This document shows positions 52,301 to 64,000 of a stretch of 64,000 bases of DNA, piece after piece. The DNA lies in contig NC_088803.1 in assembly GCF_011386835.1 (NCBI RefSeq), positions 17,918,001 to 17,982,000 on the forward strand, in the 5' to 3' direction. Under the pieces are notes generated by a model. It searched no databases, was not told the DNA's origin, and worked only from the letters and a program-made list of their open reading frames with translations. This stretch comes from Chrysemys picta bellii (Eukaryota). The stretch's first letter is position 1. Each line of letters starts with the position of its first letter. The position numbers and the translations under genes are program-made.

Positions 52301-52625
52301 CCTCAATGTGGCCCACACCGAGATCGACCTGAAGAACCCCAAGGGCAATAAGAAGTCGGCAGGCTTCACGCCTGAGGAGCGCCAGGGCTTCGGGGAGCTG
52401 CTGACAGCTGGCTTCACCGACACCTTCCGCCACCTCTACCCTGACACGCCCCATGCCTACACCTTCTGGACCTACATGATGAATGCTCGCGCCAAGAACG
52501 TGGGCTGGCGCCTTGACTACTTCCTGGTCTCGACGCGCCTGCTGGGGGTGCTGTGCGACAGCAAGATCCGCTCCCAGGCCATGGGCAGTGACCACTGCCC
52601 CATCACCCTCTACATGGCCCTGTGA
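49314..52625 (+). CDS. APEX1: Apurinic/apyrimidinic endonuclease 1, 318 aa
   Basis: Exons 49314-49374, 49636-49823, 51636-51828, 52111-52625 (957 nt). [51 protein letters not shown]. Non-coding 5' exon(s) inferred (acceptor at 49240). Confidence 0.97.
49981..50145 (+). mobile_element. MIR/CORE-type SINE (head plus core)
   Basis: TGGCCTAGTG..GGGAGCCAGGACTTACGGGTTCT..GGCTCTGCCA..GTGACTTTGGGC..GCCTCAGTTTCCTCA resembles the MIR consensus. Confidence 0.7.
50990..51225 (+). mobile_element. Old CR1 3' fragment
   Basis: TGGAACAG..CCAAGGG..GTGGTGGATTCTCCATCCCTGG..GGCCCCTTCTGGCCTT resembles a CR1 3' region. Confidence 0.5.
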
Positions 52626-52639
52626 GCGGGGCGGGGGGG

Positions 52640-53075
52640 GGGAGCCATACAGCCCGATATGGTCCCAACACCCCTGGGAGCAGGGTGGCTCATGTAGCCT
52701 GATATGGCCCTGACACCCCTGTAGCCATGTGAGCAGCATGGGGGAGGGTGGGCCATACAGCCTGCTATGGTCTTGTGGCCCTATATGGCTCTGTGGGCGG
52801 GGGAGGCCATACAGCCTGATATGGTCCGAACACCCCCGTATAGCCCTGTGAGCGAGGGTTGGGGCCATACAGCTAGGTATGGGCTAAACACCCCCTCTAC
52901 AGCTGTGGGAGTGGGCCCAAAAACCTCTCTATGGCCCTGTGTGAGGTGGGGGGATCTATATGGCCCTACCCCTTCTCTCTGTAGTCCTGTGAGCAGGGTG
53001 GCCTGTACACCCCTCTATGGCTTTGTGAGCACGAGAGGATTGGGCCCATATGGCCCTGTGAGGCCAGGGGGAGTA
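52640..53075 (+). repeat. Tandem palindromic units in the APEX1 3' UTR
   Basis: About five copies of GGCCATACAGCCTGATATGG(C/T)C at ~55-60-nt spacing. Confidence 0.7.
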
Positions 53076-53501
53076 GAGGGAAAGGGCCCCCCATACCATG
53101 ATCAGGGGTGACTTCCCCCCAAAATGAGACCTGATTCAACCCCCCAACTTGTGGACCCTGGTGCAGTAAAGCCCAGAATATCAGCAGATCCCTCCCCATC
53201 CCAGAGACCATGATCCTCCAAATTCAGCCCTGAACCCCCAAACTCACCGAGTGACACTCCAGTCCCAGAGGCCAGGAGCCCCCCCAGCTAGGAGCAGAGC
53301 CCCCTGAACTCATGTACCCCCTGAGGGCCATTCAAGCAACCCCCCCATATACCAGCCTCCCCTCTTGCTGCCCTCCATCCTAGCCTCCAGAGAATTCCTC
53401 ACCCCAGGAACTATTTTTTACCTGTAGAATTAAGCTGCTGCCTCACCTTGAAACCAGCCCCCCATTCTTTGAGGGGGGCTACAGAGCTGCAAGGAGCATT
53501 G

Positions 53502-53507
53502 ATTAAA
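53502..53507 (+). terminator. Candidate APEX1 polyA signal (ATTAAA)
   Basis: Followed by the GT-rich TTCTGTGTTTC. Confidence 0.45.
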
Positions 53508-54668
53508 GGCTTTGAAAGGAGATTCTGTGTTTCATCTCGCCGGGGGGCGGGGGAGGGGGGAGTGAGGTGGGGCTAGGAGACATTCACCCTCACGCTCGCT
53601 GTTCCTTGGCCTTTCTAGCTGGGGTCCCCCATGGGAGGCAGCTGCGAGTGAAGGGGGGCTTTGTGGGGGCAGAGATGGACTGGGGTCCCTGCTGGGACAT
53701 CACAGCCTAGAACAGAGGGATCCCTGCAGACACTCAGTTTCCAGTTACAGAAGTAATGGCTGGGCAAGGGGGAGGTGCCCTCAGTGTGACCGATGCTGCC
53801 TGGGTCTGCAGAGAGCCTGAGCTCACTGATGGCAGAGGGAGAACTGTCCCATGCATCTCAATGGGGTGTTCCATCCCACCCCCACTGCTCTGGGGGAACC
53901 CCACCAACTCCACACCTGAAGGGGGGGTTTGGGGTGCAGCAAATGGGGTGAGCAGAGCCCTCCAGCTCCTGGGGAGGTCATGGACAGGGGTTGCCTTAAT
54001 CCATACGCAGCTGGTTTTGCCACATGTGGGCCAAGAAGGAGTTGGGGTCCTACAGAGGGACACCCTCAGGGGGCCCCCACATCTCCAGCAAAGGGGTGGA
54101 TCCAGCCCTGGCCCAGTGGAGACACCAGCCCGCCTACAGGACACTTCTCTCCCAGGACTCTTGCTACACACCCTGCCTCTCCCACCCCCCAGAGCTGGGA
54201 GAGAACCCAGGAGTCCTGGCTCCCAGTTCCCTGCTGTAACTACTAGACCCCACTCCCCTCCCAGAAATCCACATCCAAGCCAGGAGCAGGAGGTTCTAGG
54301 GGGTGCCAGCACTCAGGGCATTGATCTCCAATCAACCCCCTAGCCCCCACCTTCAACCACTGTCAACCTAGGGGGTGCAAGCCCCATGGCAGGGGACCGG
54401 CTGGCTCACGGGGTGGGGAATGGGGCCTTTTCCCTCTAGGGGGTACTAGCTGAGATCAAGCCTCACGGTGCGGGTGGGTGGGCTGGCTGAGGAGTATGTC
54501 CCCCTGTCCCCACCCCGGGCTGTCCGTGGCTGTTCTTTTGCCCCTGTGGTATAACGAGCTGGTGGGCTCTCAGCCTGGCAACAGGCCCCACAGCCCCAGC
54601 CCCCCCCCCCGCAGGTCACTGTGGGGCAGAGCGAGGGAGCCAGGCAGGTGGGTGGCGTATGGAATCTC

Positions 54669-54674
54669 TTTATT
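54669..54674 (-). terminator. Candidate PIP4P1 polyA signal
   Basis: AATAAA on the minus strand ~2 kb after the stop codon. Confidence 0.55.
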
Positions 54675-56034
54675 TACACTGTCAGGACATCCATCAGTCA
54701 GGCCGGCCCTCCTCAGGGCTGGAACAGACTCACCGGGTTAAAGTAACGCTGCACGGGGTGGGGTGGGGTGGGGTGGGGGGAAAGCCCGGGACTGGATTTA
54801 AATAGCTATGTACAGGGGCGTGGTCAGTATGTACAAGCCAGAGCAGCAGAGGGCCCCAGGAAAGGGGGTGAACCCCACATCCCACCCCCCAAAGATCCCT
54901 GAAGAACTGAGACCGGAGACGTTCCGTTCTCCCTCCCCGAGTGAGAGGCCAGACCCAGGCACCCCTCATCACCAGCCCTCTGGGGAGCTCACCCCTGGTC
55001 CCCTGCATCCCACTGCCCCATCCCACTGGGGATCCTCAAACCACACACCAGAGGAGGCAGGGCCCAGCCAAGGGAGCCGGTGCAGGGCCGTGTGGAGAGG
55101 GGAGGAATTGGGAGCAGGAGAGGGGGTTGAGTTAGGATCACCCCCCCCCATGCAGCAATGGGGGCAGCGCTCTGCTCCCCAGGCTGCAGCAATCGGCCCA
55201 AGGGGAGGTCAGGGGCTGGATGGGAAGGGGTAGCCCTGTGGGGGAGCTCAGAGGCATGCTGGGAAGGCTCAGGGCCCCCATGCAAGGGGGCTATTACCCA
55301 TTGGCTCCCCCCCCCGGAATGTGCAAAGAACCAGAGCAGCCATGGGGTGGGGGGGGAGGGAAGAGCAAACCCAGAGCAGCTTCCCCCCGGGCATTAGAGA
55401 CAGTGCCCCCAGCTGCTCCTGCCAGGGGGAGGATCAGGGCAGGGGCTGCTCCCCACCAGCTACCCCACCCAAATAAAAGTTACCTTTGGTCCCTAAACAG
55501 AGTAGGGGCACAGGCCTTTCACTTCTAGGCGGCGCTGGCTCCCATCCGGCCCCAGGGCAGACACTAGCTGGCTCAGGGGGGCAAGGAATGGGAAATGGGG
55601 TCTGTTCCCTCTAGAGGGCACCAGCTCCAATGTGGCCCCAGGGCAGAGGACTGTCTGGCTTGTGGGGAGGAGGGGTATGGCTGACAGAACACAGATCAGT
55701 GGGGTGAACGGTGGCCTAAGAGATGACCCCACCATGAAGCAGCAGTGAGCTGAATCCTTCTCATCCCCCTCTCCCCCGCTGTCAGCTCCCCTCCCCACCG
55801 GGTCCCATCCCCCCAGAATTTACTCAATGCCTCCCCGCTGTGGGGCCCCCTCCTGCCCCACTTCCCTGCAGGCCAAGGGGGTGCTGGGCATGGCAGTGCC
55901 CCATCAAGAGGGACATGGGACCCCCAGTGACTTAGCAGCCATGAGGGCTTCCTTCTTCCCTCTGGCGACCTCAACCTGGGTGGTGGGTCGCCGCTCCGTC
56001 AGCTAGGGTCCCTTGGGTGCGGGGGGTGTCAGGA

Positions 56035-56395
56035 GGGGGAGGAGGTCCCAGCTCCATAGTCCAGTGTCCCTTGGGTGCGCAGGGTATCAAGGGTGATGAG
56101 TCCCGTCTCCATTGTCCAGTGTCCCTTGGGTGTGTGGGGTTTCTGGGGTGGTGGGTCCCAGCTCCATCGTCCAGTGTCCCTTGGGTGGGGGCGGTGGGTC
56201 CCAGCTCCATCGTCCAGTGTCCCTTGGGGGGTGGGGTGGAAGGGGGGTCCCACCTCTGTCGCCCAGTGTTCCTTGGCTGGGGGGAAAGGGGGAGGTCGGG
56301 GCCCATCTCCGTCACCCAGTGTCCCTTGGCTGATGGGGAGGGGTCGGGTCCCATCTCCGTCACCCAGTGTCCCTTGGCTGGGTGGGTTCCCCGTC
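56035..56395. repeat. Tandem repeat in the PIP4P1 3' UTR
   Basis: ~40-bp unit GGGTCCCAGCTCCATCGTCCAGTGTCCCTTGGGTG. Confidence 0.75.
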
Positions 56396-56672
56396 TCCTG
56401 GGTGGTGGGTCCCAGCCGAGCCACTGTAATCCAGCTCCCTCTCGGGTTGGTCCAGACAGAGCTACCATAGTTCAGCTGCCCTCTTGGCCTGGTGGGCCCC
56501 TTGCCCTTGAGACCACTGCAGCCGCCTCCATTGGTCACGTCCCATGGGGGTCTCCTGCTCAGGGTCCGGCGGGATGGGAGGGGAGCAGAACCAAGGCGAG
56601 AGGCACAGGAGCGGACCGGGGGCTGGGCAGAAGCTGGCTGAGATGGACGGGGCTCCCTGCAGCAGGGGTGGC

Positions 56673-59597
56673 TCAGGAGAAGTTCTGGACGGGGTGGCTG
56701 ACTCGCATGCAGGCCCAGTACATGGCCCGGCCTAGGCACAGCACAGCCAGGAGAATGACCAGCGCCCAGGAAGCGTAGATCCCACCATACCGCCGGGCAT
56801 GCTTCCACGTGCCGAACTGCGCAGAGAGAGACAGCAGGGTCAGGACTCCTGGGTTCCAGCCCGGCTCTGCGCGGGGAGGGGAGGGTCTAATGGTTGCAGG
56901 GAGGAGGGGTTTGGAATCAGGACTCCTGGGTTCTATGTCCAACAGGCCCTTCCCCACTCAATGTCCCCTTTCTCCCAGGGCAGCACAGAGACTCAGACAC
57001 CCTGGGCAGTCCTTAGGCTCCATCAGCACGGCACGCTCCCCTGCCCCGGTCACACACTCACCGCTAGGCCTGTGGCAGCTACAGCCACTAAGACACCCAG
57101 GAGGAGGCAGCAGATGCATCTCTTCCGGGGGTACCTGCGCCCGATGGAGGAGCTGGGGGGAGAGAGTCAGAGTCAGACATGGACACCCAGGAGTCCTGGC
57201 CCCCTGCTACATTAGACACCACTCCTCTCCCAGAGCCAGGGAGAAAACCCAGGAGTTCTGGCCCCTGGCCCCATTCCTCTCCCAGAGCCGGGAAGAGAAT
57301 CCAGAAGTCCTGCCTCCGAGCTCAACCACTCCCCACGCCCTTAGACCCCACACTTGGGCCTTGCTTTCAGAGCCCCTTCCACTCCTCGGCCTCCCAAGCC
57401 CATGTGGGCCCAGCCCCACCCCCAGGACCAGGCCTCTCTCTGGCCTGTAGCTGTGGCCTGGGGCAATGGGTCTCGCCGTGGGGAGGGACAAGAAACTTAC
57501 ACTTTGCGGCAGTGCGGGCAGCGGGCTAAGGTGCGGTCTGTGAACTCTGTCCACTGGGAGAATAAGAACCAGAGAGAAACACACATGGGATGCCCAGCCT
57601 CCTGCTCTACACACTACACCCCATGCCCCTCCCACAGCCAGAACCCAGGAGTCCTGGCTCCCAGCCTCCTGTCCTACCCACTAAACCCCATTTCCCTCCC
57701 AGAGCTGGAATAGAACCCAGGAGTCCTGGCTCCCAGCCACCCCATCTCTACTCACTAGACAGCACTCCCTTCCCACAGGCAGAACGCAGGAGTCCTGATT
57801 CCCAGCACCCCTTCTGAACCCCACTACACCCCGCACCTCTCCCAGAGCCAGGGACAGAACCCAGGAGTCCTGGCTGCCCCTGCTTACCAGGAAAGTATTC
57901 TTGCAGTGCCCACAGATGACCCGCACTCCCACGGGCTGGGGCTCAGGGCTCAGGGGCCCTGGGTGCACCGGGCCCAGGTTAATGATTCTTTTGCTGCAGC
58001 AGGGGAGAGAAAGCAACACAGATGAGACTGGAGCCCTGCCCTGTCTTAGGTACCAAGCCAGGCTGTGACCCAGGGACCACTGGTGCCAACTGGCAGAGGG
58101 CACAGGGGGTGCCCAGGAGGTTACAGGGATCCCCGGGGTCCAATAGCAGCACACTAATTCACCACAGGAGACATTTGCATGGCTGAAAGCGAGGGCGTTG
58201 TGTCTACACTGGAAGTTGTGTTCCTGAAGCGAAGGCTGTTCAGGCACAGACAAGGTTTCCTCCCACTCAGGAACCCAGGGAAGTATCACCTAGGCCCAGT
58301 GTGCCCTCGGTGCCACCCCCCCGCCCAGCACAGCAGGGGAACCCCCCCGTGGCTCACCAGTAGGGCCGGGGGCAGGCGATTCGCTGGGACGTCACCTTGC
58401 AGATCAGCAGGCAGTTGCAGGGACATCTCACATACTTCTTCCCCGGGGGGGCGTTCTTGATCGGCTGCAGCAGAGACAGAAAGAAGACCTGAGTCTGAGG
58501 GGTGCTGGAGGCCAGGACTCCTGGGTTCTATCCCTGGCTCTGGAGGGAGCACAGTAAGCTCAGGCCTTTTGCTCCACTTCCTCTGGTCCCAGCCTCGGGG
58601 TCTCCCAGCTCCAGCCAGATCCTAAGGGGGTCTTCAGAGCTGAGAATTGTCATTCCAGCTCTACAGAATAACCTTCTTCCGACGCCGCCTGCCAGGGGCC
58701 AACAGACAACCCCCAAATCCCTCCCATTCCTGGGGGGCCCCTCAGGAGCACCAGCTAGGCTTGCTGGAAAGACAGAGACAGGCATACGGCATGGGAAGAG
58801 AGTAGTGGGACCTCACGGGGAGGTTAATGGGGGATCCAGCCCCCCCACAGGACACCTGCGAGATCACCCCAGCCCCCACAGGGCTCCCGGCTCACCGTGG
58901 CCTCATTGCAGACACTGCACTTCACCACGTGCTGGTGCATCTTGCCCTCCACATTGATCAGGCTCTGGCAGACGCGGCAGGTGATCATGGGGGCGCTGCC
59001 ACTGTCGGGGCTGGCCATGGGTGAGTAGGGTGGGGGGTCCTCCCCAGGCAGCACAGCTAGATGCCCATCTGGGAACGGTGGGAAGCCTGGGCAAGGGAAC
59101 CACAGGCTACAGTCACCCGCAAGCCAGCCTGCCCTAGGCCCCTTAGCCACGGCCACCTCCCCAAGCTCCTTCCCCAGTCCCAGTCCCACCTTCCATCAAC
59201 TCAACAAACCATATAGCTCCTCCCAGTTCCCTTAGCTCCGCCCAGCAGCCCCGCCCTGGCACCTGCAGCCTTCCACAGCCCCACCCACGAAGACCCCAAC
59301 CCCACCCACCGAGACCTCTAACCCCTCCCCAGAACCTATAGCCCCCACAACCCCGCCCACTCAGCCTTAGCCCCGCCCATACACCCCCTCCTCACACGCC
59401 CATTAGCCGCGCCCCTGCGGGGCCGCGGGGCGGGGCCGCTCACCATGGGGCGGGGCCGGCTTCCCTGCCGCAGGGCCCCCGTAGGGTGGGAGCGGCGCGG
59501 AAGGGACGAGCCCGCCAGGCCCGGCCAGGGCCCCGGGAGTGCCAGGCTCGCCAAGCTCCGCGGGCAGCAACGGGGAGCGTTCGCCGTCCCCCGACAT
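56673..59597 (-). CDS. PIP4P1: Type 1 PI(4,5)P2 4-phosphatase / TMEM55B, 281 aa
   Basis: Seven exons join in frame (846 nt): 59597-59444, 59086-58896, 58464-58358, 57993-57888, 57553-57501, 57152-57062, 56816-56673. [11 protein letters not shown] dileucine motif, [48 protein letters not shown]-terminal SHPVQNFS. Confidence 0.97.
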
Positions 59598-59639
59598 CGC
59601 CGCTTCCCGGCTGCCGTAGAGCCCGTCCCCGGCTCCCCG

Positions 59640-60150
59640 CAGTGACGTCCTGGGTCACGTGAGGGGGGCGGCCGCCTATTGGCCAAGAGGCGACTGGGTA
59701 GCCGTCATGTGACGCTGGCGTCACGTGAACCCATACCGTCCTCTCATTGACTGGCGGCGGGCAATTCCCAGCACGTGACATCAGTGCTCCCCGCCTATTG
59801 GCTGGATTAGTCGCCCTCCTCATGTGACCCGAACTGGACTCCCTCATTGGCTCGACCAACGGCGCCTTCCCCCACGTGACCCCGGAGGCTTCTCTTACTG
59901 GCTGGTTCCCGCAATCAGTCCCACATAATGAAGGTGGCATCCTTTGTTTGGCCAAGCGCGTCACCACTTTCACGCCTCCTGATTGGCTGGGCACAGCAAC
60001 TACCCCTCCCGCGACCCCGCCGGCCCCCGCCGTTGGCGGGCGCCCAACTCGCCCTGCCCATGTGAGTCCCCACCAAGCCCCGCTCCCATTGGCTGCTCCT
60101 CGCTGGCTGTTTCCCATGTCAGTTGAGTCGGGCCCCGCCCCGTCCCGTTT
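59640..60150 (-). promoter_or_regulatory. PIP4P1 promoter with a CLEAR/E-box cluster
   Basis: GTCACGTGA at 59654 and 59720, GTCATGTGAC at 59704, CACGTGAC at 59772 and 59873, TCATGTGAC at 59820; several ATTGG boxes. Confidence 0.8.
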
Positions 60151-60469
60151 GCCATAACCCCCTCCCCCTAGCGCTGGCCCCTCCCACTACCTGGCAATGA
60201 CCTTCCTTATAGCCCCTCCCCCCCCGCAACCCGGGAACTCGGGCTGTGGATTTTCCATTCCCCCCCATTTCACTTCCTGGGAAGCATGTGGCCCCGCCCC
60301 CGAGCCCCCCCCGGCGGGGGCGTTCTGCTGGCGATCTCGGGGGGCTGAGAACCGGGGGGAGGGTCGCTCCAGCGCTGGGAGAGGGGGAACAATCAGGAAT
60401 CGGGGGGTGGGGTTTACAGTTACTTGTATAAGAGAAAGCCCCGAATATCGGGAGGTCTGGTGACTCCGA

Positions 60470-61290
60470 CGCCGGGGGGCTGGAAATGGGGGGTTCTCTA
60501 GCGCGTTGGGGGGCTGGGAATAAGGGGCTGGATTGGGGGGGCGTCTGGCGCTGGGGGATTGGGAGTAGGGGGGCTGGATTGGGGGTGTCTGGCACTGGGG
60601 GGCTGGCAGTAGGGGAGCTGGATTGGGGGTGTCTCTGGCGCCGGGAGTCTGGGTGTAGTGGGGTTGGATTGAGGGGTGTCTCGAGCTGGGGGGCTGGAAT
60701 GGAGGTATCTAGGGCTGGGAATAGGGGGGCTAGATTGGGGGTGTCTCTGGCGCCGGGAGGCTGGGATTGGGGAGGTGTCTCTGGTGCCGGGGCGTGGGAG
60801 TAGAGTGGAGTCTCTGGCATTGGGGGGCTGGAAATGAGGAGGGGGTAGAAGGGGAGTCTCCCCCTGGTGCTGGGGGACTGGGAATGGGAGGGCTAGAACT
60901 ATGGGGTCTCCCCCGATGCTGGAGGGCTGGAATGGGAGGTCTTCTCTGGGCATTGAGGGGCTGGGAATGGGGGAGCAGTATAGGGGGTCTCCCCCAATGC
61001 TGGTGGGCTGGAAAGGGGGGTTTCTCTGGCGCTGGGGGGATGGGAATGGTAAGGGGCTAGAATGCGGTGTCTCCTCCTGGTGCTGGGGGGCTGGGAATGG
61101 GGGGTCTCCCCTGGACACTGGGGGTCTGGGGGTGGGTGATCTAGAATAGGGGGTCTCCCCCAATGCTGGAGGGCTGTATTGGAGGGTGTCTGGCGATGAG
61201 GGGCTACAATGGGGGATCTCGCCCCTGGGCACTGCGGGGCTAGGTGTGTGTGTGGGGGTCTCCCTGGCTGCTGGAGAGCGGGGTGTGGGG
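60470..61290. repeat. G-rich degenerate tandem repeat upstream of PNP
   Basis: Recurrent GGGGCTGG(A/G)ATTGGGGGTGTCTCTGGCGC. Confidence 0.75.
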
Positions 61291-61407
61291 TTCTCCCCCG
61301 GAGCCGGTGCAGGGCAGGGAGCGGAGCTGGGGCCGGGCCGGGGGCGGGGCGAAGCAGCCGGAATCACCGGCCCGGCCGCGCCCGGCTCAGCATCGCCCGG
61401 ACCCGCC

Positions 61408-63861
61408 ATGGAGCCGGCAGCGTCGGAGGAGTGCAGGTGTGCGCGGGGGGAGGGGCGGATTCCTGGGTCCTCTCCGGGAAGGCTGGAGACCAGGACTCCT
61501 GAGTTCTATCCCCAGGGATGGGAGGGGAGTGCGGTCTAGTGATTACGGGGGGGGGGGGAGACTGGGAGCCAGGTCGCCTGGGCTCTCTGCCACTGATGCC
61601 CTGAGAGAGTGTCTAGGCGCTGGGGGCTGGTGGGGGTGTGCCGGGCAGTCTGGGGAGGCGTTAATTAGCCCTGGCACTGACTGACTAGTGGCTGGCACTG
61701 GGTCCAGGACCCCAGGGAGGGGCTGGGGTGATCCTCTAGTGCTGGGCAATGGGTCTGCCTGGGGAGAGCACCCCCCACTGTACCCCCCCCAGCCCAGCAC
61801 CTCTGCTGTGCCTGCCTCGCAGCCCAGTGCCCCCTGCTGTGCCCCATGCTATATTTCGCCCACTGCCCCCTGCTGTACTCCCCCTTGTAGCATAGCGCCC
61901 CTGCTGTGCCAGCTGCTGTACTCCCTGCAGCCCAGTGCCCCCTGCTGTACCCCCCGCCCCGCAGCCCCAGCTGTGGGGAGCCCGGCACAGTGACCCCAGC
62001 CTGGTACAGTAGGGCTAGTTCTGACCCATTCGTAATGGGTGAGGGGCTGTCTGCTCCTGCAGGGAATGTGGGACTAGGGTGACCAGACAGCAAGTGTGAA
62101 AAATCGGGACAGGGGGTGGGGGGTAATAGGATCCTATATAAGAAAAAGACCCAAAAATCGGGACTGTCCCTATAAAATCGGGACATCTGTTCACCCTTTG
62201 TGGGACTCTCCCTGACCCCTTAATGCCCTCCTTGCGGGGGGGAGGGGGCACTGGATGGCTCAGGGGGGTGGGGAATGGAGCACAGGGCTGTTCTACTCCA
62301 GGGGGCTCTGGGCCTGATCCGGCCCCTGGCAGCTGCAAGGAGAGTTTGCCGGTGCCCCTGAGTCCGGACCCACAGCCCCCTGCTATTCCACCCCTTGCTA
62401 AGACCGGATTCTCATGTTCATGGCGCCTCCAGGCTCCCCCAGCACCCGGATGAGTCAAAGCCGCCTGACCCAAACAGCCAGCTCAGCATGTTTCCCTCCA
62501 AAACCCAGCATGTGACTCAATGCTGGGGGGGGCCCAGCAGGGATCTGGGGCAGAGACTGTTTCTCTATTCCGGGAAACCACCACCCAGATGGCAGCCTGC
62601 CAGCACAGGGCCCTGGGGAAGCCACTTCCCCTCCGGTGGCCTGGGCTGACCCCGCTCCCCGCCCCTTCCCACACACCCCTTAGTTAATGATCAACAGGCC
62701 TGGGAGCAATCCCAGGCCAGCCTGCCTGACTCTGCAGGCTGCCCGCCCCCAGCATCCTTCTTCACCCTCCAGTGATGGAGATCAGGCCCAGGTTAGCGAG
62801 GGCTGCGGTCTGGAGTGAGGGGCCCAGCAAAGCTGGGATGGGGGGAGATTTCCCCGCTTGCCCTGGCAGGGTGGATGGTGCTGGTAAAGTGCCGTGAGGG
62901 CCGGCTCCAGGGTTTTGGCCGCCCCAAGCAGCCAAACAAACAAAAAGCCGCGGTCGCGATCTGCGGCGGCAGTTCGCAGGAGGTCCTTCACTCCGAGCAG
63001 GAGTGAGGGACCGTTCGCCGAATTGCTGCCGAACAGCTGGATGTGCCGCCCCTCTCCGAAGTCGCCGCCCCAAGCACCTGCTTGGTAAGCTGGTGCCTGG
63101 AGCCGGCCCTGAGTGCCGCCTCCTGCCAGGCTGGAGCCCTTCTCCAGGGGATGAAGAGCAGGCAGCTCCGTGCACGACCGGCCCAGGAGCCTGGCAGCTC
63201 AGAGGTCCCTGCCCTCACCATGGCCTCTCTGGGGTTGATGCCTTGCCCACCCCCTGGGCCCCATCTCTTCCCCTTGCTCTGCAATTCTGTCCTGCCCCAC
63301 CGTGGCCACCGCTCCCACCCCAGCGTCCCCCCTCTGGCCCAGCCTGGCTCCAGCCCCCTGTAGCTCTGCACCGTCCTGCCCCCCGCACCAGCCCCTGCCA
63401 GGCCTCTGAGATGGGCTGGGAGCTGGATGGGCGGGCGTGCGTGTCCGTCCGTCCGCCCGCCCGCTCGCTGCTGGAGGGGATGGGCACTGCTCTGTGTGTG
63501 TCCCTGTGCCCCCTGCTGGAGGGGATGGGCCCTGCTCTGTGTGTCCCTGTGACCCCTGCTGGAGGGGATGGGCCCTGCTCTGTGTGTGTGTGTGTGTGTG
63601 TGTCCCTCTGTGCCCCCTCCTGGAGGGGATCAGCCCTGCTGTGTACGCACATGGCTCGGTTTAACTCTCTCGCGTCTCTCTCCCTCGGCAGGTACACGTA
63701 CGAGCAGCACAAGGAAACAGCCGACTGGCTGCTGGATCACACCAAGCACCGCCCCAGCTTGGCCATTATCTGTGGCTCTGGCCTCGGGGGCCTGGCTGAC
63801 CAGGTGAAGGATCCGGTGGTTTTTAACTACACAGATATTCCCAACTTCCCCCAGAGCACAG
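61408..63861 (+). CDS. PNP: Purine nucleoside phosphorylase, 5' part (first two coding exons)
   Basis: Exon 61408-61436 ([10 protein letters not shown]) and exon 63692-63861 ([44 protein letters not shown]). Continues beyond the window. Confidence 0.92.
62075..62198. mobile_element. Short hAT-type MITE (TAGGGTGACCAGA ends)
   Basis: TIRs TAGGGTGACCAGA / TCTGTTCACCCTT; perfect TSD TGTGGGAC. A second copy begins at ~63979, just inside a CAGTGTTTTTCAAAC element starting at 63951. Confidence 0.85.
62896..63111. mobile_element. hAT-type MITE (CAGGGCCGGCTCCAG family)
   Basis: TIRs GAGGGCCGGCTCCAG / CTGGAGCCGGCCCTG; TSD AGTGCCGT / AGTGCCGC. Same family as 36561-37016. Confidence 0.85.
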
Positions 63862-64000
63862 GTACCTAGCGAGGGGCGGCTATACTGTATAATGGGCACT
63901 AGGGGCAGCAGAGGGCAGGGGTGGGGAATGGGCGGCTATACTGTATAATACAGTGTTTTTCAAACCGCGGGTCACGACTAGGGTGACCAGATGTCCCAAT

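Noticed and set aside
52645-52885. Iron-responsive elements in the APEX1 3' UTR
   Set aside because: The loops read CAGCCTGA, not CAGUGH, and lack the canonical C-bulge geometry.

Overview
GC-rich vertebrate genomic DNA. The CR1, MIR-like and hAT-MITE repeat content suggests a turtle or other non-avian reptile (inference). Hand-built exon models give this gene order: TEP1 (-, 5' 32 coding exons, continues off the left edge), KLHL33 (-), an intact 26-coding-exon SLC12A3/NCC paralogue (+, probably SLC12A10/NCC2), OSGEP (-), APEX1 (+), PIP4P1/TMEM55B (-) and the 5' end of PNP (+). This matches the human 14q11.2 block as I recall it, except that humans have no protein-coding SLC12 gene between KLHL33 and OSGEP. 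Main points: (1) the extra Na-Cl cotransporter gene; (2) a ~780-bp degenerate (CCCTAA)n interstitial telomere-like array inside it, with a hAT MITE at its edge carrying a perfect CCCTAACC target-site duplication; (3) frame anomalies in TEP1, including an apparent compensating +1/-1 pair; (4) tandem repeats seeded from exon/intron junctions that multiply 5' splice sites; (5) tandem arrays of tRNA-like SINE heads filling small introns; (6) Thr instead of the mammalian redox Cys65 in APEX1; (7) dense E-box/CLEAR clusters. No database search could be run, so homology statements rest on remembered family sequences.
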